A stretch of 64,000 nt of DNA. It comes from Squalus acanthias. Its lineage: Eukaryota. The stretch spans positions 126,172,001-126,236,000 of the forward strand of contig CM059432.1 of assembly GCA_030390025.1 (NCBI GenBank), written 5' to 3'. Position 1 is the stretch's first letter. Each line of letters starts with the position of its first letter. Both the position numbers and the translations under genes were made by a program. The notes beneath the pieces are model-generated. The model was not told the DNA's origin, ran no database searches, and worked only from the letters and a program-made list of their open reading frames with translations. Of the stretch, positions 24,765 through 38,067 are shown piece after piece.

Positions 24765-25325
24765 AGGTGGTTAGGCCACAACTGGAGTATTGTGTCCAGT
24801 TCTGGTCACCACACTTTAGGAAGGATGTGAAGGCCCTTGAGAGGGTGCAGAGGAGATTTACCAGAATGGTTCCGGGGATTGGGGGATCTTAGCTACAAGG
24901 ACAGGTTGGAGAAGCTGGATTTGTTTTCATTAGATCAAAAGAGGTTGAGGGTTGATTTGATAGAGATGTACAAGATTATGATGGGTTTGGATAGGCTAGA
25001 CGGGGAAAGGCTGTTCCCACTAGTTGATGGTACAAGGACTAGGGGACACAGATTTAAGGTTTTGGGCAAGAGATACAGGAGGGACGTGAGGAAAAACATT
25101 TTCACGCAGCGAGTGGTGAGGACCTGGAACTCGCCACCGACGGAAGTGGTGGAAGCGGAGACACTCAATGTTTTCAAGGGGAGACTGGATAGGCACTTGA
25201 GGGAAATAAACTTGCAGGGCTACGGGGATGGAGCGGGGGAATGGGACTGACTGGATTGCTGTACAGAGAGCCGGCGCAGACTCGATGGGCCGAATGGCCT
25301 CCTTCTGTGCCGTATGACTCTGACT
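24765..25325 (+). mobile_element. CR1 LINE 3' fragment
   Basis: [13 protein letters not shown] and ORF 24837-25250 (LRVDLIEMYKIM, NIFTQRVVRTWN). Confidence 0.88.
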
Positions 25326-25671
25326 AAGTCCCAGTGCCACTGCTTTCAAATCACACTGAACACCAGTAGATCTAAGTTGTTGCAATGGCATCCCACCTAG
25401 CAATAAATGAAAACCAGTGAGAAATAATTCTGTTTGTATGTGTAACAGAGAATAACACACAGCTTTACTCACACAGTGTCATATTCTTTCAACTCTTTGA
25501 TGTGTTATAACCTTGTAAAACATTACAAACTGTGTACTATCCTATGTACATTATACAAAGTGAAGCTTCTCACTAGTTCACCAGCAGTCATCAACCTGAT
25601 CCAAGAACAGAGTCCGAGTTCTTAAACAATTAAGAGTGAAGGGAAAAAGAAAAATAATGAGATTTATTCTC

Positions 25672-26660
25672 AATCCTCAGGGCAGTGTCCTAGGCCCAAC
25701 CATCTTCAGCTGCTTCATCAATGACCTTCCCTCCAACATAAGGTCAGAAATGGGGATGTTCGCTGATGACTGCACTGTGTTCAGCGCCATTCGCAACTCC
25801 TCAGATAATGAAGCAGTCCATGCCCGCATGCAACAAGACCTGGACAACATTCAGGCTTGGGCTGATAAGTGGCTGGTAACATTCGTGCCACACAAGTGCC
25901 AGGCAATGACTATCTCCAGCAAGCGAGAGTCTAACCACCGCCCCTTGACATTCAATGGCATTACCATCGCCGAATCCCCCACCATCAACATCATGGGGGG
26001 GTCACCATTGACCAGAAACTTAACTGGACCAACCACATAAATACTGTGGCAACAAGAGCAGGTCAGAGGCTAGGTATTCTGCGGCGAGTGTCTCACCTCC
26101 TGACTCCCCAAAGCCTTTCCACCATCTACAAGGCATAAGTAAGGAGTGTGATGGAATACTCTCCACTTGCCTGGATGAGTGCAGCTCCAACAACACTCAA
26201 GAAGCTCGACACCATCCAAGACAAAGCAGCCCGCTTGATTGGCACCCCATCCACCACCTTAAACATTCACTCCCTCCACCACCGGCGTACCGTGGCTGCA
26301 GTGTGTACCATCTACAAGATGCACTGCAGCAACTTGCCAAGGCTTCTTTGGCGGCACCTCCCAAACCCTTCCACCTAGAAGGACAAGGACAGCAGGTGCA
26401 TGGGAACACCACCACCTCCAAGTTCCCCTCCAAGTCACACACCATCCTGACTTGGAAGTATATCGCCGTTCCTTCATCGTCGCTGGATCAAAATCCTGGA
26501 ACTCCCTCCCTAACAGCACTGTGGGAGTACCTTCACCGCATGGACTGCAGCAGTTGAAAAAGGCGGCTCACCACCACCTTCTCGAGGGCAATTAGGGATG
26601 GGCAATAAATGCTGGCCTTGCCAGCGATGCCCAGATTCCATGAACGAATAAAAAAAAAAA
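25672..26660 (+). mobile_element. CR1/L2-group LINE 3' fragment, same family as 41795-44415
   Basis: PQGSVLGPTIFSCFINDL, MFADDCTV, MEYSPLAW; tail gggcaataaatgctggcc + polyA. Confidence 0.88.
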
Positions 26661-29311
26661 CAATAATGAAAAAAATGATCAACCCACAATAAATGTAAAA
26701 CTAGCTTACCCTCATTTGTCTACCAAAGGCTAGAGTATATATACTAAAGGGCTGTCGATAAGGAGGGGTGAGGGTTCCAGCTGGGATAAGTAACCCATAT
26801 TTCTTTTCTGTATTATAGCCCTTGGCTCTAGTTCAGGCACAGAAGTTCTGTTTTAGAGGGCTGCTACTCATGATATTGCTGCAGTGGGATCAGCATCCAG
26901 GACTACAGGAATATCTATCCTTATTCCCTATAATGGAAGTAGGACAGAGATAGCCCCATCAGATATATCATCTGAATTTGTCCTTTCCCAGGCTGAGAGA
27001 TCGTAACTTAGTCTGCCTTTGGTGTGGCAAAATGAAAATGTTCTCCTCGGGTAGGAGAGGATTTGTTTCCTCCTTCCTTTACCTGCCTTCCCCTAAAGGC
27101 ACTGACTCACTCTGAGCTACAATTTCGCAGCATGTCATCAACTCTCTATAAGCCTAGACGGCGAGATTCGGCAGCCTATTAAATCATGAACAGCACCACA
27201 GCTCAGCTCAGTCCTATCTTTGCCTTGACCTCCATCCACTCAAATTATGTAGCAACGGCACTGAATAGTGATTGAGCACGAGAACCCTGGCTGTTTGGTT
27301 TTTCTTCCCTAGCTCAGGCTCTGAGCCAATTATATTGCTCCCACTATACCCATTGCAGAGACATAGGAACAGGAGTGGGCCATTCAACCCCTCGAACTTG
27401 TTCCACCATTCAGTTAGATCATGGCTGATCTGTACCTCAACCCCATTTACCTGCATTTGACCCATATCCCTTGATATGGTTGTTGGATCAGTTAAATCCA
27501 CACAGAACAGGTATTGAACCTGGACCTCCTTGGACGGTGTGGTCCTCTACTACACCAGACAGTGAATTGCTCCACAAGGCATTCATTGGGGGTTCTATTA
27601 CACATGTTACAGAGAACTACATAGAATTTACAGCTCAGAAACAGGCCATTTGGCCAGTGTTTATGCTCCAAGTGAGCCTCCTCCCACTCTATTTACTTCA
27701 TCTCACTCTATCAACATGTGCTTCTACTCCTTTCTCCCTCATGTACTTATCTAGCTTCCCCTTAATTGCATCTATGCTATGTTTCCTTTGACCTCATGGT
27801 CAGTGCGATTGGCTTCTTCCTGGTTGCAGGCTACCTTTTTTTATTATGGCCAGGTTTTCCACTTAAAAAAAGGTGGAAACCATTGCTTGAAGTAGCTGAC
27901 GTGAAATTGTATTTCGTAACCCAGTGCATCCCAAATGGGAACTCTTCAACTGGGGAAACCCATTGACAATGAAATCAGCCTGTGCCCAGAAAGAGAAAGT
28001 GTCATTACTTAGGTGGTGGGGAAAAAATTGCAGCGTAATGAGGTGGATTCCTCCACAATAGAGCTGCACACTGTTTAGATTGCTGGGGGGGGGGGGGGCG
28101 GGGTGGGAGGGTGGTTTGTGAGTAAGCTATTGCAATCCATTTTTTTTTAAATGGGCTCAAGTTCCCCTTGAAGGTATGTTCACAAAGTCATGGATCACTA
28201 CTAGACAGAAACGTTTTGTTTAAATGCAGTCTACCTTGGGACATAATTAACCTGACCATTCTTGCTGTGCTGCTAAGAGTGTGGTGTGTTTCTGATTCCT
28301 CGAGCGTAACTAAAGCTTTGTACTTCCGAAATCTGCTCCCAGCACCCTCCGTAAAGTCTCATTTGACTTGACTGTTTCGTACATCGCCGATGAAAAGTGT
28401 GTTTAACTGAGAATGGAATAGAAGTGAGATTTGTCATAAGGGAGGAAGAGAAGTGGTTTGTGATGAGTTAGTGGCTTTTGCTAGTTTGGGCAATGGCTGT
28501 GGGGAAGTGTGGAGTAGTTTTACTGTTGAATAAGTTTACTAAAACCTTTTTTTTGGGTTTTGTTCCTTCTTTCCCCCCCCCGCCCCCACTCCCCAGTTTA
28601 CTCCCCTTCTGTTGTGGAAGTGCTGACTCTTACTGGGGTGTAGTTTCCAGGGTGCTGGCTTGCCTCAAGTGTCTATTCATATCTGAAGCTGGACAGTGAG
28701 CATCAACAGCGCTGTTGACAACCGAGCCTGAATCCAACCTCAACTGATGCCCATACACTTAGATTTTCCAGAGCAGGCATCATTGGATAGCTACCTGGAG
28801 CAGGAACCCTGTCTGACTTTACTTCACTGTGGCCAATTGCAATGCCTCCACCCCCAAACGAGCCGAGATCTGCTAACTTAGCACTGACTGGCGACTGAAC
28901 CAGGGACTGCATGGCTCAGTACTATACACCATGTGGTGCCTTGCCCACTGGGCCATTTGGGGTAAATTATATTTTAATTAAAAAAAACTACAAAAGGATA
29001 TTCCAAGAAATACTGTGAGAAATTGTACTGTTTGTTCTCGTTCTGGTAGCTACTGACATCTTGCGAACTTGCCTTTCTTGGGTGTTTAACTTTTTTTAGT
29101 TATTTGAGTAACTGCCTTGTGTATCAGACACTGCAGTCGTTGCCTATATCTGAAGCATTCTGTTGCTTCCAAATGATTTGTAGTGACATGTGAGTGGCAG
29201 CTGCTGAATCCAGCTCTCCTCACTTCAGTGCTGCGGTCAGCTGAAGAGTCTCTGTTGCATTTGATTTCAGTGGCATACTGCCTCCCAGCTAGCAGAGCCT
29301 TTAGACGTTGC

Positions 29312-30010
29312 GGGGTAGAGTTTCTGCTTTTGCGCCCAAAATGCGCTCGAAATTGCACTGTTCAGGTTACAGTTCAAGTTTCCGATGAAATTCATTAGCA
29401 TAATCGCAAACTTAAAATCATCCATGAACCAGTGCAATTGGGCAGTGTAATAGAACGAAATTGTTCTTCTTTTTCTTATTTAAAAAGTGTTCTTTGATGT
29501 ATTTAAGAGTGGTAACCTGGTGCAGTTTTATAATACAGCTGAAAATGGGTTTATCACCAAAAATAAGCATTTTTAATCAGGGTGTCCAGTCCTCCACCTG
29601 TGAGTAACCTCATTTAAAATCACTGAAAATTACTTTAAAAAAAAAACTATACTGACCCACTGGTGTACAGTAGTCCGTTTCTTAGTAAGTTAAATATTTT
29701 TTGATACGACAAACCTTTTAAAACATGCCAACTAGTGCCTGTGCGCCTAATAAAATGAGCGCAATTTGAAGAGCCCTCCCGAACCAGCGCTTTCATCGGA
29801 ATCTCTCAATTTTGGCCGGGGGTGTGGCCAGTTTTGCTGCCGGGCGAATTGAATCTTAAACCAGCTTAAAAGATCGCGGAAAACACGAACGTAAGTGGTT
29901 TTGGGCGTAACTCACTTGTGTTTAAAATTCCCCGATTTTTGTGTTGGTTCGGCCGATTCCGCCCGGATTGCGCTGGTATTACTGGTGTAAAGGAGCAGAA
30001 ACTCTACCCC
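29312..30010. mobile_element. MITE / non-autonomous DNA transposon
   Basis: 17-bp TIR ggggtagagtttctgct / agcagaaactctacccc; TSD unclear. Confidence 0.8.
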
Positions 30011-33000
30011 CTACATCTTAATGTAGAAATCAGATAGCGACTGCACCTGACCCGATACTGGGATAGCTATTGGACTTAACACATGAAATACCTCGATGAA
30101 GGTAAGTGGCAGCAAAACTTCACATATTATCAATGCAACCTTTCACGCACTAGTGGCTGGCTGTACATAAGAAGGGTCAGAAATGTATTAACTTTGAGCC
30201 TCTGGAGTATAGCTTTAAAAGACTGGAACCTGAGAGACTGCACTATTTGTGAGAGCAATAAATGAATCAGGATAAGCTAAAGCAGGAACCCCGTTGTGAA
30301 GCAGAATTTGTCACAATTCGTGCCCATGCTTGCCATAGCAAGCTATGATTGGCTGGTTTTACGAACGTTGGCTTATCAATGGCTTGTTCTGAAGATCTGC
30401 AATTTGGCTAACCCTTTATTCATGGTGTGCAATACACAATTAACTCTGCACGGAGGGAGGAAATGTATTCGTATACCTCTAGTGAATTAAAGTATTGACG
30501 TACAGTTTATGTTCCAATTTGCCGGAAAGTAATTGTTTAATATTTTCCTGAGAAATGCTGATAAAACGTTGGGTTCTGTATTAAATTCAAATCTGAAGTT
30601 TCTGTTAATGGTTTAACAGAAACAAAATAAACCCTCTTTATAAGTTATGAGGTGAAAGTAAATTATGGTACATTAAACACTAATGCATGACTTGGCATGA
30701 AAGCCGACTGACTGTGGACGACTAGCTCCAGACAAATATGACCCCACTATTGACATGTTTTTCTTATAATCCAGTATTAAAAAAATTATGCAGGACAGGG
30801 CCATCCAGACTTAAGACCACAACAGCTCTTCATGGCCCTTCTGCAGCAAGCATTTGAACAATTTTTCTTAATTTATACGGCTGATTGCTTTTCTGATGGC
30901 AGATTCCATTTTTTATTTGAATGGTTGGAGTGAGATACTTAATAAAGATAATACCAACATAAAGGGGAACATTGCGGCTTAATTCTTTGGGTGATGTAGC
31001 GTACAGGAGGAGTGGGGGATGGGATTTATTTGGCGTTCTCTCCAACACCCTGGGAGTGGAATATTGGCAAGGGTTCCTAAACCTGTGACTGCAGAAAATG
31101 GACTCCTGGAAGTATGCAAGTGTGAACAACTGGTGAGGAAAGCATTTGGTTCATCTGTGATGCCCCTGTTGTTGAATTGCCTGTCTACATTCATTGTCGA
31201 GGCTCTGGTATGAAGAATGGCCACATGATTGAGGAACCAGAAGGTCCCGATGCCTCTGGAACTATGCACCAGCAGGTCCTTCTGGAGAGAGGAGGAGAAC
31301 ATTGGTGAAGGAAAACAAAAATATGGAAAATCTTTTGTTCTCTGACTAGACTTGGCTACAACTTCAGGAGGATGCTTGCACTTTCATCAAATGTTTTTTT
31401 GCTGATTTGGCAGGGACCAATAATAATTTATTTAAATATCATTAATCACAGCCAGGAACTTGTAGGGTTAGTACTTATCACAGCAAGAACTTTGTTCTCC
31501 TTTCCTTCACAATGACACTCTTTCTCGTTTAAAGATCGCTGTTGAATCTTTAAATGTATGAACTAGTAGATATTCCGCGTGTGGCATTGCTTATGGGCAG
31601 TTTTGGCCCTAGCGCATGCTTTTTATGTTTATGTCGGCCTTTCCCTTTAAGGCCACTGCTCCATATAGGCAGATCCAGGTAATTGTAGCTGGTTGTAAAC
31701 TACTGAGATCAATCATGCAGCAACTGTAACTGCTTGTAAATTTTAGGTGCCAAGCCAATAACTGGCTTTCTATTTTTAAGATTTTTTATTTTTATCTATA
31801 ACAAAATGTGATGTCTTTTGCGTGATGGAAGTGCTAGAATTGAGACATTTTAATATATATATATTTATGGTTAATTACTTTTGCAAAGTCTGAGTAATTT
31901 TGTGCCTCGTGACGTATCTACTGCAGTGATGACCCAGGTGGGAGAGTGGTTTAATTTTTGCATTTTTCTTTTAAGACAAGGAGGAAAATTTGGAGATTAT
32001 TTTCTATACTTAATACTTTGTCTCCTGGTTATTGACAGTGACCCCTCAACAACAGTAATGTCTGACTTATGATACTGAGTACCTTTAAGTCACACGTCAC
32101 TATCTGTTATATTATCTTTTCACCTGAATGCAATAATGCTTATTTTACTCCTGCTCTTTGTTCAGCAGTTCCATTCACCACATTTACTTTCATTTATGTT
32201 TGAGCAATGGCGAGAGCAGTAGAGTCCTGCCTACTCTTACCTTTTTGTATACAAGACATCTATATATTTTTAAAAATTGAATATGGCATGTACTTCATGT
32301 CCACAAATCTCACTTCTTGTCACCATTTTTGAGTAATGCATTTGTATCAACATTTATAATGGAAATCACTTTATAAACATTTTATAATTGTGGGGGGAGG
32401 TATGAAAAGTATGTTGACATTTTATAATGGGGCAAGTCTAATTTCCTGTCATTTGGTTTTTACAGACCTCCTACCACTGTTGGCTCTGTGCTGTACTGTG
32501 AATAGCCCAGGTTCACCCACCCTATTATTTTGCTTACCCAATTTTCAGGTATATTTTCCCTGTGTTCCTGGTAAATGGAGCTCTGGGACCCCCCGCCCTC
32601 CCCAGTTCACTTGTGGACTTCTCCCCTCCCTCCCGACACACGTGCTCAAAATTGGGTGACGGCGTAAGTGCTCCCATCTTTTCTCATGGTGTTGTAGTGG
32701 CTGATTGCCCGATTGTTCAGGCAAGCGCCTTTGCCTGGTGCTATAGCAGCTGGCCCCAAGCCCAGCATCTTGGACCTTACAATGACTACATTACAACAGT
32801 GACGACACTCCAAAAGTACTTCATTGGCTGTAAAGCGCTTTGAGACGTCCGGTGGTCGTGAAAGGCGCTATATAAATGCAAGTCTTTCTTACATTCCTCA
32901 CCAACCCCTTCCCCCACCGACCCCTTCCCCCAATGTCCCACCACCCCATTACTTACCTGCACCCTTCCTTCCTCCTGGGAGCTTTCTTCCCACTGACCTT

Positions 33001-33205
33001 CCTTCATTTCGGCTATCATGTGTAAAGTGTCTTTTACAAGAACTTAAACTCATTAATAATATATAATAAACTGACATGCATTATTGCTTCATTAACTTAT
33101 TAATTTTTTGCTGTGCTCACTGCTCTATGAATTTATTACTTCACCGGTTCTCACTATTCCACTAATTTAGTAAGTCGCTGGTGCTCGCTGATCCATTCAT
33201 TTATT

Positions 33206-33737
33206 GGCCCGGAATTTGCGGTCAGCGGCGAAGCGAAGGCGTTCGCCTCTGGCCCCGAAGTACGCTTCGCACAAGGATCTCGCAATCCCTGTGTCGAGAA
33301 CTTCGGGTTTTCCTACATTCAATTCAAATCAACGGACTGTAGTGGGGATTCCCCTGTACAACACGCTGTCTAAGCAGCCAATCAAAAGGCAGAATTCTCA
33401 CAGACTGCGAACAAGGAAGTGAGTAAGCTCTTAAAATTTTAACTTTTTAGAGAGAGCAAAACAAAGATTGGGGTTCTCACATGGGGAAAAGGCAAATCTG
33501 AAATAAAGATTGACAAACTTTAAAAATAATTATAAAAATGTTTTTTTTAAAGTTTCTTAACATTTAAAATTTTTATTAAAATGGACAAATTTCACACTAC
33601 ACAAAATGAAAATTAGTTTTTCAGGCCCGTAACCTTCGTTTAGCAGTGAAGACGCTGTTAAAACCACAGTGGGGTGGGGGGGGGGGGGGGAATGACGGCT
33701 GCCAGTTTGCCATCATCCCAACCGCAAATTCCGGGCC
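33206..33737. mobile_element. PIF/Harbinger-type MITE, internally deleted relative of 21917-22700
   Basis: Perfect 17-bp TIR ggcccggaatttgcggt / accgcaaattccgggcc; flanks att/gtt. Confidence 0.85.
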
Positions 33738-34029
33738 GTTGATTTGGTGTGCATGCTGATCCGTTAATTTATTGCTGTTCACTTCTTCATCAATTTATTT
33801 TGTGAGTACCTACTGCCCTATTGATTAATTGATAGCCAGTGCGCTCAATTTAGGAATTCATTGATGCCTGCTTGGCTCTGCTGCCGTATTTCAGTACCTT
33901 TCATTGTTGGCAGCGCATGCTAATGCACGTGGTTATTTTCTATTGTGAGTGCATAGTGTCAAAAAACATTTTGTTATCATTTAAATTCTTCAGTTCATTC
34001 TGTTCTCTTTTAATCTCTGGGTTGGTGGC

Positions 34030-34265
34030 AGGGGGGAGATGAGGAGAAATGTTTTACTTAGCGAGTTGTTGTGATCTCAAATGCACTACCTGAAGGGGCG
34101 GTGGAAGCAGATTCAATGGTGACTTTCAAAAGGGAATTGGATATGTATTTAAAAAGGAAAAATCTGCAGGGCTATGGGGAAAGAGCAGGAGCGTGGGACT
34201 AATTGGATAGCTCATTCACAGAGCCGGCACAGGCACGATGGGCCGAATGACCTCCTTCTGTGCAG
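34030..34265 (+). mobile_element. CR1 3' end
   Basis: gaggagaaatgttttacttagcgagttg...gagccggcacaggcacgatgggccgaatg tail. Confidence 0.75.
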
Positions 34266-34365
34266 TAACAGCTTCTGCTGTCCATTGTTGCAGGGTGCAC
34301 TATAATTGCCTTATTTGGGCACAGACATAACACTTTTCAAGACTGTATAGGTCTTGACTCTCTCT

Positions 34366-34949
34366 GGGGGAGATTTTCACAGGTGAAAACAGGGCGGTAG
34401 TACCCCATAAATGGTGATGGGGGGCAGGGGGCCAGTGGAAAGCTGACCACCATGTTCCCGCTCCCAATCATGCCGACGGCAACTTGGGAAGGGCCTACTC
34501 CTGGATGGCCGGAGTGCCTGCCTGAGTCAGGAGGTAGGCCTATTTAATCTACAAATGGGGATCCTATGACATACGTATGAGCCCGATTGCCATTTTAGGA
34601 CTGGGCATTCGCTGTACACGCGCCACACAGCAACGGCTGGGGTTCCAGCCAAAGAGGAGCCTAGCAGGTAAGCCGTAACTACTTTTTGCGGGGCCGGGAG
34701 GAGTAGGACTGCTCCTCTGGGCTGCACAAAAAACAGACCCGGCCGTCTTTCTGCCCTGGAGGACGGACTCCCTCCCCCAGAACTACCTTCTTCTGGCCCA
34801 GAGCTGGCGGGTTGCTCCAGGGCACTCGTTTTCTGCCCGCCGCCCATGTGGTAATGAGGTCTGGCCCCCAAAATGGACTCAGCCTCCCATCGAGTCTATC
34901 GGGCGGCGGCGCTTCACTGGTTGGCCATCTGATCATTAAAATCTCCCCC
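34366..34949. mobile_element. MITE / non-autonomous DNA transposon
   Basis: TIR gggggagatttt / aaaatctccccc; flanks tct/tcc; GC-rich interior. Confidence 0.7.
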
Positions 34950-35613
34950 TCCATGTATAATGACATGAGAAATAACTAGGTAATGCAGTTTAAAAAATCC
35001 TGCATCGGCTGCACATTCCTGCTGTCACATACCACCAGGGCAAAATAATTCACTTATCTGTCATCACTCAAATCTGTGATGAAATATGAATGAGTCAAGA
35101 GTGGCAAAAAGTACCAGCAAGTAATGAACAGAAAATGAAAAAATTAGATCCCTGTCTTATTTTATTTCTCAAAGTTACTGTTCACAAAGCAGCGAGAATC
35201 ACAAAACCAACCCATGATATCACTGAAATAATTTCTTCATTGTTTTGAGCCCTCCTTCACTTTGGTCAGCGTAAAGGAGTTTAAAATAATATTTCTGGCA
35301 TGATTATGAACACACAAGAAAATTACAGAAGTATGCCCATAAAAATCGGTCATTTAATGTTAGAAATAGCTGCAAGACGCTTCCCCCTACCCACACAAGT
35401 CTGTGCTTCTGTGTGGGCCCTACAGGCGGGTTGCACCTCAATAGGGCTGGGACCAATATCCTCGCGGGGGAGGGGTTGCTAGTGCTGTTGGAGAGGGTTT
35501 AATCTAGCTTGGCAGGGGGATGGGAACCAGAGCGTAGATTCAGAAGGGAGAGAAGCAAAGCTGGAAATGGAAGGCAGTAAATTAGTAAGTGAGTTTGGAA
35601 GGCAGAGGAAACA

Positions 35614-36028
35614 TTGGAGTTTAGAAGAATTGAGAGGTGATCTTATTGAAACATATAAGATTCTGAGGGGGTTGGACAGGGTAGATGCTGAGAGAATGTT
35701 TCCCCTCGTCAGGGAATCTAGAACGAGGGGGCATAGTCTCAGAATAAGGAGTCGCCCATTTAAGACAGAGATGAGGAGGAATTTCTTCTCTGAGGGTCGT
35801 GAATCTTTGGAATTCTTTACCCCAGAGAGCTGTGGAGGCAGAGTCATTGAATATATTCAAGGCTGAGATAGACAGATATTTGAGCAACAGGGAAGTCCAG
35901 GGTTATGGGGAGCTGGCAGGAAAGTGGAGTTGAGGCCAAAATCGGATCAGCCATGATCTCATTAAATGGTGGAGCAGGCTCAAGAGGCCAAATGGCCTGC
36001 TCCGGCTCCTATTTCTTATGTTCTTATG
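35614..36028 (+). mobile_element. CR1 3' end inserted in the host CR1
   Basis: LRGDLIETYKILRGLDRVDAERMFPL; terminal ttcttatgttcttatg repeats. Confidence 0.85.
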
Positions 36029-38067
36029 TAGACAACAAAGGGGTTTGGCAGTGCTTAATGGTATATACTTCAATGCAAGGAGTCTAGTGAATAAGGCAGA
36101 TGAGCTGAGGGCACAGATAGACATGTGGAAATAGCTATCACTGAAACATGGCTGAAAGAAGGGCAGGAATGGCAGCTCAACATTCCTGGTTACAGGGTTT
36201 TCAGACGAGATAGAGAGGGGGATAAAAAGAAGGGGGATGTGGTCGCAATACTGGTTAAAGAAACAGTTACAGCTGTGAGGAGGGATGATATGTGAGGAGG
36301 ATCATCAAATGAGGCCATATGGGTTGAACTGAAGAACAAAAAAGGGGCAATTACACTGCTGGGAGTGTACTATAGACCCCCAAACAGTCAGAGGGAGATA
36401 GAAGAGCAAATATATAGGCAAATTTCTGAGAAGTGCAAAAACAATAGGGCAGTAATAGTTGGGGATTTCAACTACCCTAACATTAACTGGGATAGAATCA
36501 GTGTAAAAGGTATAGAGGGCGCAGAATTCTTAAAATGCATTCAGGAGAAGTTTTTTAGCCAGTATGTAGCAAGCCCAAGAGAGGGGTGGTTCTGGACTTA
36601 GTTTTAGGGAATGAAGCTGGGCAGGTGGAAGGGGTATCAGTGGGAGAACATTTTGGTGGTAGTGTTCATAATTCAGTTAGATTTAGCATAGTTATGGAAA
36701 AGGACAAAGATAGATCAGGAGTAAAAGTTCTCAATTGTGAAAAGGCCAATTTTACTAAGCTGAGATGTGATTTAGCAAAAGTGGACTGGAAATGGCTACT
36801 TGAAGGTAAATCAGCGTCAGAGCAGTGAGAGGCATTCAAGGCGGAGATAGTGAGGGTTCAGAACAAATATGTTCCCACAAAGAAAAAGGGTGGGACTCCC
36901 AAATCTAGAGCCCCCTGGATGTCAAGGGGCCTACAGGGTCGGATAAGGCAAAAAAGGGAAGCTTATGTCAGATACCGAGAACTAAACACTGCAGAAAGCC
37001 TAGAGGAGTATAGAAAGTGCAGGGGTGAAATCAAAAAGGAAATTAGGAAGGCAAAGAGAGGGCATGAAAAAAATATTGGCAAGTAAAAGTAAGGAAAACT
37101 CAAAGATGTTTTATAAATACATAAAGAACAAGAGGATAACTAAAGAAAGAGTAGGGCCTATTAGAGAACAAAAAGGAAACTTGTCTGTGGAGGCGGAAGG
37201 CATGGGTGTGGTTCTTAATGAATACTTTGCGTCTGTCTTCACAAAAAAGAGGGCAGATGCAGGAGGAGGAGTGTGAAATAGTAGATGAGATAAACATAGT
37301 GAGAGAGGAAGTATTAAGGGGTTTAGCATCTTTGAAAGTAGATAAATCACCAGGCCCGGATGAAATGTATCCCAGGCTGTTAAGAGAAGCAAGGGAGGAG
37401 ATAGCAGAGTCTCTGACCATCATTTTCCAATCCTCTCGGGCTACAGGTGTGGTGCCGGAGGACTGCTAATCTTGTACTGTTGTTCAAAAAGGGAGGAAGG
37501 ATAGACCGAGTAATTACAGGCCAGTCAGCCTAACCTCGGTGGTGGGCAAATTGTTGGGAAAAATTCTGAGGGACGGTATTAATTGTCATTTAGAAAGGCA
37601 CGGATTAATCAAGGACAGTCAGCATGGATTTGTTAAGCGAAGGTCGTGCCTGACTAACTTGAATTGACTTTTTTGAGGAGGTAATAAGGAGGGTTGATGA
37701 GGGTAGTGCATTTGATGTAGTCTACATAGATTTTAGCAAGGCTTTTAACAAGGTCCCACGTGGCAGACTAGTCAGAAAAGTAAAAGCCCATGGCATCCAA
37801 GGGAGAGTGGCAAATTGGATCTAAAATTGGCTCAGTGGCAGGAAGCAACGGGTAATGGTCAATGGATGCTTTTGTGACCCGAAGGCTGTTTCCAGTGGGG
37901 TTCCGCAGGGCTCAGTACTAGGTCCTTTTCTTTTTGTGGTATACATCACTGATATCGACTTCAATATAGGGGGCATGATTAAGAAGTTTGCAGATGATAC
38001 AAAAATTGGCCGTGTGGTTGATAATGAGGAAGAAAGCTGTAGACTGCAGGAAGATATCAATGGACTC

